Assembly: GCA_009602735.1 (NCBI GenBank)
Contig: WELA01002782.1
Location: 81,152-145,151, forward strand
Length of the DNA: 64,000 bases
Origin: Mesotaenium endlicherianum
Lineage: Eukaryota
Direction of reading: 5' to 3'
A model generated the notes under the pieces. The model saw nothing but the letters and a program-made list of their open reading frames with translations. It was not told where the DNA came from and did not search any database. Positions 1 through 13,716 of the stretch are shown one piece after another. How positions within the stretch are numbered: the first letter of the stretch is position 1; each line of letters begins with the position of its first letter. A program made the translations under genes and the position numbers.

Positions 1-389
1 CCCCCCCCCCCTTCCGCGTTGTCGAAGTGCCAATCTCCACATGCATGCCTTGTGTTTGGCCATGGATGCACGCACATGCTCTTTTGTGCTCATGCCAGGG
101 ACACGTTTGTGCACGCTCGCACGCGCATACACACGCACGCCCGCTCGCACACGAACAGACACTTGCACAAAACACGCTGACTGCAGCCTGCAAAGTGAAG
201 ACCTGCACTCGTGTCCCGCATATTTTGAAAGCCAAGGACAAAGCCGATGCACGCCCGCACCCTCACCCACAAATAAACAAACACACACAAAGGTGCGCAG
301 GCGTGCAGAGCTGTTGCAAATGCTGACAGTGCAAAAGGCAGAGCACACGGGGCACTGACAGGACAGGTGGCACCCACCTGGTGGTGCAG

Positions 390-3300
390 CATCCGTGCAA
401 TGGGGCAAGATGGCCCTCCCCAGCGCCGGTGGGGAGACGCCCGCCGCCCGAGCCTATCACAGCATGACACGTGTCGGCAAGCGCCTGCTTCTCCTGGGGG
501 GCTATGACGGGAAGGCCACATTTGACGACACCTGGTGGCTCGTCCCCGACGGTCAGATCTCCCTCCCTCTCTCCCTCCCTCCCTTCCTCTCCCCTCCCTC
601 CTTCCCTCCCTGTCTGTACCCTCCCCCCACGCCCCTTTGCACGTGCACCTGCAGCTGCATGCGATTCGCTCGTTGTCATCATCGTCAGCATCATCATCAT
701 CATCATCATCATCATTCACCATCATTGTGCAGAAGGTGTAGCAGCAGCAGCGGTGAAGGTGGCGCTTTTTCTTGCTTGTCCTCAACCCCCCCTTCCCCCC
801 TTCACCCCCCCNNNNNNNNNNNNNNNNNNNNNNNNNNNNNNNNNNNNNNNNNNNNNNNNNNNNNNNNNNNNNNNNNNNNNNNNNNNNNNNNNNNNNNNNN
901 NNNNNNNNNNNNNNNNNNNNNNNNNNNNNNNNNNNNNNNNNNNNNNNNNNNNNNNNNNNNNNNNNNNNNNNNNNNNNNNNNNNNNNNNNNNNNNNNNNNN
1001 NNNNNNNNNNNNNNNNNNNNNNNNNNNNNNNNNNNNNNNNNNNNNNNNNNNNNNNNNNCCCCCCCCCCCCCCCGGTGTCCCCCGCTGATTACTTCTCGAT
1101 AGAGGAGCTCTGGCGGCTGCGAGTGCGCTTGAGGCCTGGCGGTGAGGTCCTCTAGCGAGTGTGCTTTCTTTTGTAGAAAATCAGTGCGAGAGGGGAGTGC
1201 CTAAAGCATAATGACCTCGAAGAAAGTGCTCTGACTCTTGCTCCTTCGCTGCAGCTGCTATCGCTCTCCAAGAATCTGTTTGGTCCTGTATGCCACGTGT
1301 GGACCAGGCACGCTGATGTCAGTCAGTACTTGAATTATTCTGCGCGCGTGCGTGCGTGCGTGCGTGCAGGGAGGGTTGGTGGGCGGAGGTGCATGTGGTG
1401 GCTTCCCCTCCCTCCCCCTCCCTCCCTCCCTGTGTGAAATCCCTTCTGATGCTGACTCGGCCAGGGATGCTACTGTGGCTGCGCAGACAGAGCAGCAGAG
1501 CCAGCAGCAGCAGCAGCAAGAGCAGCCACGACAGGTGGCGATGTGCCGCTGCAGCCGACAACGACCGGTGGTGCCAAGCACGGGGGGGCAGCAGCAGGAG
1601 GAGACGCCACTCCCTTGAGCGCTGAGCAAGCGCACGTGCCCAGCGAGGTGTGAACGCAACCCTGTCTCGTTCTCTACAGGATCTCGGGAGTGAGTGAGAG
1701 AACCAGCGCACGAGGGGCTCTCTGGGGGGGAGGGCGGGAGCTGCAAGTGGAGGCCCGAGTGTCACTGCTGCTGCGAGCGCTGCCAGCTGGCAGCCATCAC
1801 AGAGCTGTGCCCGCATGCCCTCACGGACCTCGCGTAGGGGGCACGCATGCTTAGGCTGTGTTGCAACAATATGAAAACCGGAAGGAGAGAGAAGCAGAAT
1901 TAAGACGGAGAAGGAAAAGAAGAAGAGCGGCAGCACTTGTCTGCAACTGGGGAGGGCGCTTCTGCCCGGCCTCTGTGCCTCTTCTCTGGTTCCCCCACTA
2001 GCCCTTCTCAAGAAACGTCCACCGTCGTCGTCAGTTGGCGCGCCTGCTCTGCCTCTCCTCTTTCCTCCTTTCTCTTGCCCTTGCTAGGGGCCAGGCCTTG
2101 TGGTGGCCCCTGTCGCTTTCATGTCACTGCTGCCGGGGATTCCCTCAACAATCTGCCTGTGCTTGTGCCCGTGCCCGAGCTCGAGCTTGTTTTCTCATGC
2201 CGCGCCTTCACTCACTACCGCCCACTTGCCACGCTTGCTCGTGCCCATGCCCATGCCCTGTGCCTGTGCTCGTGCCTGTGCTGCTGATGGGTGAGAGTGC
2301 GCCGCTCTGCTCTGCATGGCACTACTCTCCTGTGCTCTGCACCGCACCTCATTCCACCACTCAAGCGGGATACACCTTAATGAGACGGGATGCACTCCTG
2401 GAGGGGGGTGGGATGGGATGGGATGCAATGGGATGGGCCAACGACAGGCGCAGCGGCTGGCGGTTCTGCGCACCTCTCTGGGCCTCCCCGCCACTCCTCC
2501 GCCCCCGGCGCTGCCGTCTGCGGGCGCGTGCGACGCCCACGATGACCCCGACCTCGTCAGCCTCGGGCGCAGACTGCTTGCCCAGGAGAGCGGGCTGGAG
2601 CATGCAGAGAAGGCCTCCACCGCAGCAGCAAGCCCGGATGTGCGCACGAGCTTTCACTCACACGCATATACATGCACACATATGCACATGCAGACATACA
2701 CACACAAACGCACACACACAACAGACTCACGCACAGGGGCGCGCGTGGGCTTGCTCGCGTGCGCGTAACCATGCACACATGCAATGGCGTACATGCACAC
2801 GCACAGCGGGGGAGGGGGGTTGACAAGCTCAGAGGTGCGCGCGTGCATGCTGTCACTTGCACTCACGCGCTCACGCACAGAGAGAGAGGGTGAGAAAATT
2901 TCGAACACACACACGGAGGGAGGAGGGAAGAGAGGGCGGGCAACATCTTCTCCTGCAAGTATGTGCGCGTATAATGCAGCCCAGCCAAGATGAGAGAGGA
3001 GAAGGGACATCATGCTCGGACACAGGACTTGTTCCTTGTGCTTGTGGTAGTAACCTCAAGCCTCAATGTGAATTTTCGGCTCATCTTACTCATGTGTGTG
3101 TGAGTGTGTGTGCATGTATGTCTGTATAGATGAGTAGAATATACACACATATATGTACAGAGAGAGAGAGAGAGAGGTAGATCTCCCTACAACACGCGTG
3201 CCGGGCACAGGCGGGGCCTTATCCCGCGTGTTGTGCTGAGGTGGCAGGCGGCAGTGCAGGCTGCGCGGACGTACCTCATGAAGAGCGACGCAAAGCAGCT

Positions 3301-4559
3301 GCGCATGGCTGAGCTCGGCCCGCTGCTCTGTGACTATCGGCGCGGAGTGTCTCTTCTGCGCCTGCACTCTGGGTGTGCATTTGTCTCTCACTTCTTGCTC
3401 TTCTTCTGTCTGTCTCTTCCTCCTCACTTCCCGCCTTCCACTGTGGGCTAGTAGGGGGGCCAAGGGTACAATCTCCAATGACAGTGTGCCTTGCGTACCT
3501 GTAAGTGCCGCGGGCATCAGCATCGCGTCTGCAAACAGCCGACTGCTTGTCCCTCACACGCAATCACCCATTATATTGAACATGCATGTGGTTGTAAACA
3601 TTTATTGCAGGTGTGTGTGTGGGTCTGAGTGTGCCTGTATGCATATGCGTGGGGTGGGTGTGCGTGTGCATGGGTGCAAGCTTGTTCGTGAATGACGGAT
3701 TTGAATAAGGGGTGCGTGTGTCTCTGTTTGTGCATGTGTGCGTGTGTCCGTTCATGTGCGTGCATTCATTAATGTGCGTGTGTGTCTGTCCTTGTGCGTT
3801 TGTGTCATTGTGTGTGTGTGCGCGCGTGCGCGCGCGCGTGCATGCGTGTGCGTGTCTGCGTACGTGCACGCAAGTGTGCATAAATCAGTGGTCTGTCACT
3901 GCACCATTCAAATGTTGTTCGTGTGGGCTCCACACGCAGCCGCCTCCAGTTCCACTCACGGCGCAACTCTGACATGGCACTTCTTGGGAGTGTGCAGACT
4001 TGGAGGAGACAGGTCCTTGCAAGCGGAAGAGCGGCCGCAAGAGCTGCGCTACTACCACATTCACAGCCCCCAAGAGGTTCTCACTTGACCTCCCCGCCTA
4101 TCTCTAACTCTTTCTCTCTCTCTTCCCGCCCACATGTCCTGCAACACGAAGTCCAGATCTGTCGATCCTCGGGAGGAGCCTGGAAGGTTGAGCTTTCTGG
4201 AAGTTGAGGCTGGAGTGCCTCGGGTGTGTCACGCGTGCTTGTGCTCTGCTGTGCTGTGCTGGGCTGCTGCTGCCTACTATCTGGTGCTTTGCTGCAAGAC
4301 ACGTTGATGCCTTTGGTGCTCTCTCATTTTGGACGCAACAGACAGAGTTGCTGCATTCTTAACACCGTTCATGGCTGCCAGAACACCCTCTTCATTGGCT
4401 GCCAGATTGCTGGCCGTCCATGGCTTCTCTTAAGAAGCGCAAACCCTGCGAGCTGACGCTGGAGGGGTGCTCCTGTTGCAGCTGCGGATGGAAGACATCG
4501 AAGGGCTGCAACGAGAGTACACGCAGGTGCTGAGGAGTGGAGCTCAGAGCGTGCAATAG
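390..4559 (+). CDS. Kelch-repeat (galactose oxidase/kelch superfamily) protein, 3' exons only; resembles plant At2g36360-type proteins
   Basis: Exons with AG/GT boundaries: 390-551 ([34 protein letters not shown], a kelch repeat), 2448-2639, 3248-3372 ([16 protein letters not shown]), 3998-4076 ([10 protein letters not shown]) and 4482-4559 ([13 protein letters not shown]..., TAG stop). Phases are consistent from 2448 on. More exons are likely between 552 and 2447, partly in the N-gap. The 5' part lies outside the window. Confidence 0.8.
676..715. repeat. (TCA/CAT)n microsatellite in an intron
   Basis: Direct reading: tcatcatcgtcagcatcatcatcatcatcatcatcatcat. Confidence 0.9.
812..1058. other. 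Assembly gap (N run)
   Basis: Run of n flanked by poly-C. Confidence 1.
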
Positions 4560-7202
4560 CATCTGTGGGGTCATATCTGTTAGATTGCCAGCCAACTAGC
4601 GACGCATCTGCCACGAGGGGTATTTGGGCCGCCAGTGCCCAACAGCTCATGCATGAGATTGGAACCGACAAGTTCCTCATGCCTCATTGTTCTGTTGGAG
4701 TCCAGGATTTTGCCACTTGGCTACATGTTGTAAGGACACCTGTACATAATAACTTGCTCTCTTGTGCGTGGGCTGTTCCCCAAACGTCAATGTTTTGGCA
4801 CGCATCCTGGCTGCTCGAGCAACCATAACTCAAGCCTTTTCTTCTCATTAGTGTCAGGCTGCACTTGCACCTGCAATCTGGGGCATTTCACAGTCACCTT
4901 TGTTGTGCCAATGCCACGTTGCATATGTGGATGTGTGTGCACATTTGTGTATGTTTCAACACGTATGACAGTCCATATACATCAAGTGGTTTCCAACACC
5001 AAGTGTTGCTTTGAAACCATGTCACTTCATGTAGCTGCAAGTCCACTTATCCAAACACCTCTTTAAAGTTCTCTCGGCAGCCCTCAAATGATCTGCAGTT
5101 GGATGAATGTACCAGATATAAACACATGTTGAATGCTTCAGAGGCCGTGTATCGCTGCCACGGCTTTCAAAAGTACATGCTGAGAGGTCCACAACTAGCT
5201 TTCACTATCCCTCCTCTATGTGCATGCACAAACCAAAGGCCGAGAAAGTCGACGAAACCGCCTGCGCATGCAGTGTTGTATTTGCTGTCACTGGTTGTGA
5301 TAGTGTCTTGCATGAGCAGTCTAAGCACTTGCTGTGGGTGAGCTGCACAAAGGGGTGCGAAGCTTGGTACAAGAACTTTCAGCAACCAACCATGTCCGAG
5401 TCTTCTGTTGCAGCCATACTGCTCGTGCACAGCATGTTCTGTCACCATCTGCCAGGTGGCGCAGGCATGCTGCGTGGCTCTCCTTCCCCAGCGACAAGCC
5501 TCCTTCCTCTACTTCTCGTCCAATGTCGTGCGCCTCTTTTTCCTATTAGCATGCAACATCCTGTTCACAATGGCTTAAGCGTGATACCCGTCGACTCCTT
5601 AAGACCAGCTGGTGCAGTATGTTAGTGACTGGGAAAGGGCCAGGAGGGAGGAGAAGCTCCCGCAAAGAGCAGGAGGGGGAGCAGCGGGTTTGCTTTCACA
5701 TCATTTGCGGTGCTAGATGGTGCAATCAGACAAGCCTGCCAGCTGGGGCCTAACCGAACGTGCGTGTCGCCAGCTGTCGTCAGAATCTGAATTCCTCCTC
5801 AACCCCGAGGCATACACTTGTCAAGTGCTACGCTGGTTGGGTATGCTCTGTTATGACAAGGTCAAGCTGTTCAAGCGACAGGGGCTCCTAAGATTAGCAC
5901 TTTCTCATTCCCTCTCGAAGACCAAGGTGTTTTGGGACAAAATCACAACTGCCCGAACATGCTTTTATGCAAGAGCGCACAGGGCTGGCGCCACCTCCTC
6001 CCTGCGCTAGGAGCTGGGCCTCTTTCCAACATGGCCATCTTGCACCTTGTTCCCGCCCCCACAAGTCCCCACCCCCATAATTAAGGATAGCTGTGCCACA
6101 TGCCACCTGTCGATGCTCTGACAGCCCCCAAGTTACAAGAGTATGGACGCTTTCAAATGCCAGAGGAAGCTGCCGGCCTCGTGCAGGGAAACTACAAAGG
6201 AGTTTGAGAAGCTCAGTCATGAGGCATTCCCAGGCGTCGACAGGTGGCAGCTGCGAGCTGACCCAGAAGCCTTTCTTGCCAGCAGCTCGTGATAAGGCAG
6301 GAGGAGGCCATAAGAGGGAGCTTGGGGGTGGAGTTACTCTTCTCCCAGCCGAATAAGAAGTATTTATGTGAAGTAAATGCAGATGCAACTTGCACCTTAC
6401 CAGAGAGCCCCTCTGCGTCTGCCATTTTTTGGCGGAGGACGTACTGAAGCAGGATGTGCAAATTCGAGGTCAAGGTTGCTGAATTGCTTGATGGCATGCA
6501 GCATGGACCCAGGAACGAGTGTGTTCAACACACACTCTTCAGACTCTTATTGGAAGGGCAAGTTGCTCACCCACATGCAAGGTGCTGAGACGGCTGTCAA
6601 AAGTTCGAGGCAGCTTTCGTATGAGTAGAACATGTAAAGTCAAGCTGACCATTGTATGATACCAAGTATCGTAAACACAAGTTCTAGTTCCTCTCACCCA
6701 CTTAACGATAGCAACGCTTTTAAAATAAACAGAGTGCCGAACGTCCGAATTCGTGTGTAATGAGTAATCACATGCACATATATGTCGCTTATGAGCGATA
6801 ACGCACACGAGCCCAAACGATGAAGAAAGCTGCACATACATTTTTGCCGACAGCTGCATATACTAAAAAAGGCAATGCGACGTTTTCTTGCACTACTCTC
6901 ATTGTAGCTGTCAATCCACAATTGTCTGAAGGGTGCAACTCTTGGAAGGAAGATGAGGTGAAAGAATGTCTCAGAGTCAGCTGCATGGCAGCTGAAGAAA
7001 CGTTCAGTTTACAATTGAGCCACTCTTTTTCCTCCCAGTCCTACTTGGCGACGGCATTTATGCTGCCGCAATAAGACAAGTTTACATACTTCAGCGTACA
7101 GTCGCCTCAAAAATTTGATTCAAATAAAAAGTACAACAAGCGAGAAACCTGACTTCTAAGAAGTTACTCTTTAGGCTGCTCTTTGCTCCAGCTTTGAAGT
7201 AA

Positions 7203-10200
7203 ATGCTCGTGAGGGCATTCCCAGCTTATATTCCTTCACCTAAAAGTCTTTTTCTTAGTTTGCATATGCCAGGACTTATACTGAGCAGGCCCTTCCCAGA
7301 AACAGCCACAATCGTTACCTGTTCTTGGCTGTCCTTGACGACTAGAAGGAAGTATCAGGGTGTAAAATGGTCATGTCGTTATCTAAGAGCTGGAAACCTT
7401 GCATCCACATATCACTCTTCTGGCCTGCAAAGAGTGCCTGTAAGGGTCCCATCATATGGCCATGATTACGAGTCAAAGAGACGATATAGAGCCAACAGTA
7501 AGGGCCACGTTCAGGTTGAATGTGTCAAAGATGACCAATTTCTTACCCTCCACGAGGATCAGATGGGTAATAGGAGAGTTGCGGAAAAGCCAGGCTCCGA
7601 TGCAGTCTATCCTGCTGAAGGTTCAGCCAAGACTGCGTCAATTGCCGCCATAGCAAGCTGGCCAGAGCTGGAGTTTGAGGGGACAGTTCCCGGGGGACAT
7701 AAGAAGGCCCGTCTAGATGCGTTTGTGGCTCAGAGCATGCCACATGTAAGCAGGGCGCGGATCCAAGCTGCCATAAAGGAGGGGTATGTGCTGCTGAATG
7801 GCCGGTTGCAAACCAAGGTACCCACAAGTTCACAAGGGGAACCTAACACCACTTGGTATGCCTTTGCTTGTCCCATGCATTGTCACATTCTCCATCATCT
7901 TCACATCTCTGCCAGAGAGGTTCTTTGCTGCAGCTGCTGCTATTGCAAGGAAGAGAGTCATGGCCCATGGAGGCTTCTAAGCTACCTGACATAATCTAAC
8001 ATGATGTCCAGTAAAATCGTCTGACGTGAGCACCTGACATGATTTCCAGTCTCGACTGACAGCGACTGATGGGGTGGGCAGTGTGGGGTTTGAGTGGCAG
8101 GCAGGGCAGAGTGTCAAGGCAGGGGACGCCGTTGTCTGCAAGCTTCCCCCCCCCCCTCCCCTGGAGGCCGTTCCAGAGAGGATGGAGCTGAGTATTGTGT
8201 ACGAGGACGCGGACTTGCTGGTGGTCAACAAGCCCGCACATCTGGTGAGCAAGCATTGCCACCTGCTGCCGCTGCTGCTGGCGATGGTGGTGGCGGTGGT
8301 GCTTCTGCTGCTCTTCTTGGTGCTGTCGGTGTTGCAGTTGTTGCTGCTGCCACTGCTGTTGCTGCACCTGCTGGTGCCTCTTCTGCTGCTACTATTGGTG
8401 CTGCTCTTGGTGCTGCTGCTGCTGGTGCTGCTGCTGCTGCTCGCCCTCTTTATCCTGAATTTTTACCACCCTCCCACACCAGAAGAGGGCCTCGGCCTTC
8501 TTCCCCTCATCCTCAATGCTGTGGGGGCATGGGGGGAAGCTTGTGCCACGACGGAATGGCCTGCCATTGTGGGGAGCTTATTGTGGGTGCCTCAAGTCTG
8601 TCTGTATTTGTCTGTATTCATCCATCGTAAGGTAGGCTTGGGGCACTACCCTGCTTACCTTCTTCTGCTTTTCGTGAGGGTTAGCTTGAGACATAGAAAT
8701 CAGGCTGCGACCGGCTGCGCGACTGCGCACCTTCCTCTTCCCCTTCTTCTTCTTCTTCTTCTTTTCCGCCCGCTTCTCGCCTTCTCAAAGTTAAGATATC
8801 GAAGAGGGAAAACTTTTAGGCGAGAGTGGAGAGCTTCATCTCTGGGCTATCGTCTGTCGATGCTTTCTATCTCATTCCGAGCGGAGAAATGTCGGGACGA
8901 GATTCTCCGGAGGGGACAGCCACGCTCTGCACATATAGATACTGTGGGCAGTTTTCCATCTCCCTGTAGAGGAGGAGGAGACCCACCGAAGTGGACACTC
9001 ATTCCTACTTTTACTGGCGCCTCCCTCCTGCCTGTCCCTCCTCCTCCCCCCCTCAGGTGGTGCACCCCTCGCCAGGCCACTCAAGCGGCACGCTGGTCAA
9101 CGGGCTGCTGCACCACTGCAAGCTGCCGGCGATGCACATCCCACTCGGGGCCATGCAGTCTGCTGCTGGGGGCGCTGCCGCGCTCGAGCAGCAGCAGCAG
9201 CAGCAGCAGCAGGAGCAGGAGCTCCAGAGGAGCACTCTATCTGGCCTACCAGAGGGAGATGTTGGCAGCCACGGCAGCGAACGCCTGAAAGAAGCAGCCA
9301 TGGGTGCCCTCGAAGGAAAAGCGCCGGTGCAGGAGGAGGAAGAGGAGGAGGTGGAGGAAGAGGATGAGGAGGACAATGTGGGCCCGCTCCTCCAGGTGGC
9401 GCCCCTATATGGGCCGGCCCCCACCATCCGGCCTGGCATCGTGCACAGGCTGGATAAGGGGACAAGTGGCCTCCTCGTGGTGGCCAAGGTGGGCCCCCCC
9501 TGCTTACCCCTTGCTGCCCTTCCCGTTACATCTCTTTCTCTCTCTCTCCCCTTTCTTTGCACCCTCTTTTCTCTCAAACGATGATGAAGGGCGTCAGTCA
9601 GTCTATCTTTGTGTCAGGAGGCACAGCTCCATTCTCTCTGAGGGAGCATCGTGCCGACTGGATGACCATGGCGCTGGTGCTTCCACCTTGAGGGAGGGGA
9701 GGTACATGGAGGGGGGGGGCTTCACCCTGGAAAAGAGGTGCACACTTGACAGACGCACTCTACTGTGAGTGTGTCATGAGTTGCTGCTTCAGGGCCCTCT
9801 GCAGGACGAGTGTAGCAATGTAGTAACGCAGCGGTTTACGTCAGCCTCAGGACACCTGTCACACGCTGCTGCTGCCAGGTGGATGTGTCATGTATCCGTC
9901 TACCTTGTGCGCAGCGAGGAGCCACACTTTGAGCTTTGAATTTGAGAAACACGTAACTGTGCGTGTGAGGCCCCTACGTCAGTCAACTGGGTCAACCCTC
10001 GCGGCGGGTATCAATGCGGACAGACTGTTTGTTCGGTGGGCTTCTAACGACAAAGAGGCAGTCAGTGCTCTATGTTATGGGTTCTCCTCTTCCACCCTCT
10101 CTCCTCCCTCCTGCCTGGAAAGGGTGTTGTCCTATTGCCAGCATGAGGCGCATCCGTCTCTTCCCACAGCACCTTGCGGGCTCTCCGCCTGGTGTCACCC

Positions 10201-10246
10201 TCCTCTTTGACACCTGTCACCATGTGTTGGTAATCACACACCCTGC

Positions 10247-10284
<38 letters not shown>

Positions 10285-10569
10285 CTTTGTGTGTGTGCAG
10301 AACGAGCAAGCACATGCAAACCTGTGCGAGCAGTTCAAGGCCCGCACCGTGCGCCGTCAGTACCAGTCCATCACATGCAGTGTTCCGGCAATAGCTGTTG
10401 GGCGGGTGGAGGCGCCGATTGGGCGTGACCCGCGCGACCGCAAGCGCATGGCCGTTGTGCAAAGCTCTGGGAGAGGCGCTCCCCGCTCACGGCATGCTGC
10501 CAGCAGGCATGCCCCCCTCCGCCACCTCTTCTTCTTGCGCGCTCCGCCCTCTACCCCCCCCCCCCGGGA

Positions 10570-10617
<48 letters not shown>

Positions 10618-11928
10618 AGATACACAGACACGCACACACAGGCACTCACCCTGTGATGTATTCTCCCTTTGATTGGCCTGAGAAGCTCTGCTATGGACTC
10701 CGCCACTCTGATGCCCTCCTGCCGCCCGGCTGCCCTGCTCTCAGGCTTCAATCCTATCGTATCCCAGTGAGTGCACCTTGCTTGCCCTCCACCCCCTGGG
10801 CCCCAAGGGTCGGACTCAAGGGCATGATGGCAGATGCCAGTGCTCCTGGTGCTGACGCATGTCCCACCTGGCGGCGTGCGTGCAGGTACACAGTGAAGGA
10901 GGTGCTGGCGGGGGGCGGCGCCGCTCTCGTCGAGTGGCGCCTCGAGACCGGGCGCACGCACCAGGTCTCATTCGCTCTCCTCCCTCCTGCTCCTCCCCCT
11001 CCTGCTCCTCCCGCTCCTCCTGCCTCCCCCCCTCCTCCCCCTCCTCCTCCCCGTTACTGGCTCCTGCCTCTTTTGTGTGCACTAACTCCCGCCTGGGGAG
11101 GAAATTTGGGGAGGATGGGGGCGTCCCAAGTGCTCCGCGCGACTGTGCAGGCCCCAGCTGGCATGCTAGGACTGAGAGCCTGAGTTTCAATCTCTAACAC
11201 CTTATCATGCATGTCGTTGTTGCTTGCAACAAGAATTCCTTCAAGTGAGAGCTGGCCTGAGTGCGTAAGCAAACACACTCAACCCTGAGAGGCAGTGTGC
11301 TTGTTTTGCCTGAGTCTGTGCAAACATCCTTCTAGTGAGAGGCAAGAGCTAGTCTGAGTGAGCAGACACTTGGAGCCTGAGAGGCAATGCGTTTTTGCAT
11401 GGGCACATGAGTGTCTGTGTGCATGCGCATCCATGAGTTGTGCAGATACGGGTGCATGCCAAGTACTTGGGGCATCCGCTCTTGGGCGATGCCACATATG
11501 GTGGAGCGGGTGGCGCTGCTGAGGTGGCGCTGCTGCGGTCCCTGCCAAGGGAGCAACACGGCAAAGCCTCTCAGTTGGTGGCTGCGCTGCAACGCCCCTC
11601 CCTTCATGCACAAACTCTCGGGTAAAACATCCAGGAGCCTGCCTGCCTCTTTTTCTGATTTCTTCATATTTGGCAACAATTGGATCTTCTTGACCAGGTT
11701 GGTGTGAGCTAGGGCTACACTTTCACTGTTGCTTACATTTTGATTGTCACATAAGAGCACACGCCAGAAACAAGTGTGGCATCTGTTGAATGTCCTTTCA
11801 AACACTATTGCTCGTTTGTGACGTGCAGGTTTGTGCACCCACGCTCAAAAGAAGATCTATTTTTTCAAGTTGATGCCCCTGCTGACTTTGCCGACCTTTT
11901 GGAGCTGCTTAGAGAACTGCATCACTGA
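7203..11928 (+). CDS. RluA/RluD-family RNA pseudouridine synthase with S4 domain, probably organellar (long N-terminal extension)
   Basis: Seven exons: 7203-7817 (S4: RLDAFVAQSMPHVSRARIQAAIKEG), 8101-8244 (IVYEDADLLVVNKPAHL), 9057-9488 (VHPSPGH...GIVHRLDKGTSGLLVVAK, catalytic HRLD), 10301-10506, 10886-10964 (LETGRTHQ), 11446-11621 (IRVHAKYLGHPLLGDATYG...LHAQTLG) and 11829-11928 (FVHP...TGA). Intron phases are consistent. The exact start codon is uncertain. Confidence 0.92.
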
Positions 11929-12780
11929 TTAATTCCATAGTTGTAAGATTGTAGTTTAATATGAAGGGCTTTGTGTGAGCATGCGTCAGAATGTGTGGTA
12001 TGTTGTATTACAAGGTAGAAAGTGGTTGTTCCATGTCAGAGAGAGAGCATGTGCCAAAGTCATGTAACGTTTCAGTGAGTATATTAGTGCGTCGAGGCAA
12101 TGTTTGTAATGTACCCGCTAGGTGGCACACGCTTTTAGACGAAGAACATTAGTTCACCTCCTTACAACAACAAAGAAATAGTCATTAAAGTACGTCTGTG
12201 CAAGAAGTTATAGTGATGTCAACAACAGTACAACACGAGGTCTATTGATCATCAATGTGTTTAACACGAAGTATGATTAGGGCTCTCAATAAGCTGGCAC
12301 CTGTACCACGAAACTCACATTTTTAACAAACACTTAGTTTTTGCATTTTTTGACAATGCTTTCATGCACAAGGTTGTCAACCATGTTTCTCATAGTATTT
12401 CTAGTAATTTGTACTTGTGCAACAAAAGTCTCACGTCAAATTTGGCAAGTTGTCTAAGAAATGTCGTGTGCATTGTGAAACAGTTCCTACCTAATTTGAA
12501 GGTTTGCGACATGAAATGTCGCAAACCAAAGTTTGACAAGTGTTCAAATTTGATCGATTTCACACGTGCTGTGTCTCATCGACAAACGAAACCCTCATAA
12601 GGCTTCTCGTTGCAAAGAAGCCTCATTGCAGCAGGAAGGTAGTTGCTACACATACCCGCGTAGACATTGAATGCCGAGACTTACTCAAACAATCTTATGT
12701 CAGGCATACAAAATCGCTTGATAGAGTACCATAGATCCGCGAACACTCGAGACGCAGACGTGTTTGCTCACTTACGAGCG

Positions 12781-13716
12781 ATGACGGAGAGAGGTGAGGG
12801 AAGCCAGGGAGGCCCGAGTGACTTACGCAATGATGGCGAGTAGGTCAATGGCGAGCAGATTAACGACATCTGTAGGGCGAGAGTAGCGAGCCAGCTTACT
12901 GCTGACGAAATCGCCAAATTACATGCAGTGTTCCTTAAAGAGTACGAAAGCGAGCAGGCCGAGCTCAGCAAGGCGGAAGCGGCTAAGCTCAAAGCTGCGC
13001 AGCACGCTGCTCATCTTGAAATGGCCAAGTTACAGCAGGCAGTGAGCAAACTAGCGCAAAGCAAGGTCTCGCGAGCTCACGATGGCGAGGGAGCAGGGGC
13101 GGACGCCCTGCAGCAACTCAAGCGGCTCAAGAGGAAAAGTGAGGTTGCAGGTGTGGGCAAGTTGTCTGAGGGCAACCGCACCCAAATGAAGGTCATGAAC
13201 GACCTCGCGGAGCTGTGCCACAACGCTCACGATGCGCTAAACAAGGAAGACATTGAAGTGGCCCAAAGCGCGCTCACTGAAGGTTTGTCTTTGATAACTT
13301 TTCGGCAAAAGCAAATCATTTCCGCGGACTTGCATAGCTGGCCTGTGATTAATGAGGTTGTCAAGTCCATGCAAACTAAGGATGAGAGCGAGGATTAGGA
13401 AAATCGGGTCCAAAAGCAAGTGGCTAAGAGTAAGAAGGACAAAGAGGAGGAGAGGGAGTTCGATTTTAGTAACCGCAAACCACGGGCCAACCCGTATGCG
13501 TTTAAGGCTAACCCCCGCGCTCCTAGGATGTTTAGAAATGACTTAAGTTGCTGGCACTGCCACATGGTAGGCCACACATCTCGTGTTTGCCCTTTGGGGC
13601 CACCTAATGGCCCAGGCCCCCAACAGAGGCAGCCTTTGCTAGCACCTGCTCAGGTAGCAAACTTCCAGGGGCCTTATGGGCCGCCCCAGGGGCCTTATGG
13701 CCAGCCCCAGCGTTAA
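12781..13716 (+). pseudogene. DIRS gag-like ORF1 with CCHC zinc knuckle and two in-frame TAG stops
   Basis: ATG 12781, ORF 12928 and ORF 13420 share one frame. Stops at 12841 and 13396. Knuckle CWHCHMVGHTSRVC. Confidence 0.75.

Noticed and set aside
4600..7100. Possible minus-strand gene between the kelch and RluA genes
   Set aside because: Some splice-like sites exist, but I could not build a stop-free exon chain or recognise a domain.
8074..9288. 404-aa ORF with a poly-Leu stretch and an antisense poly-Gln ORF
   Set aside because: Only 8101-8244 is a conserved exon. The rest is read-through into a CTG-rich intron.
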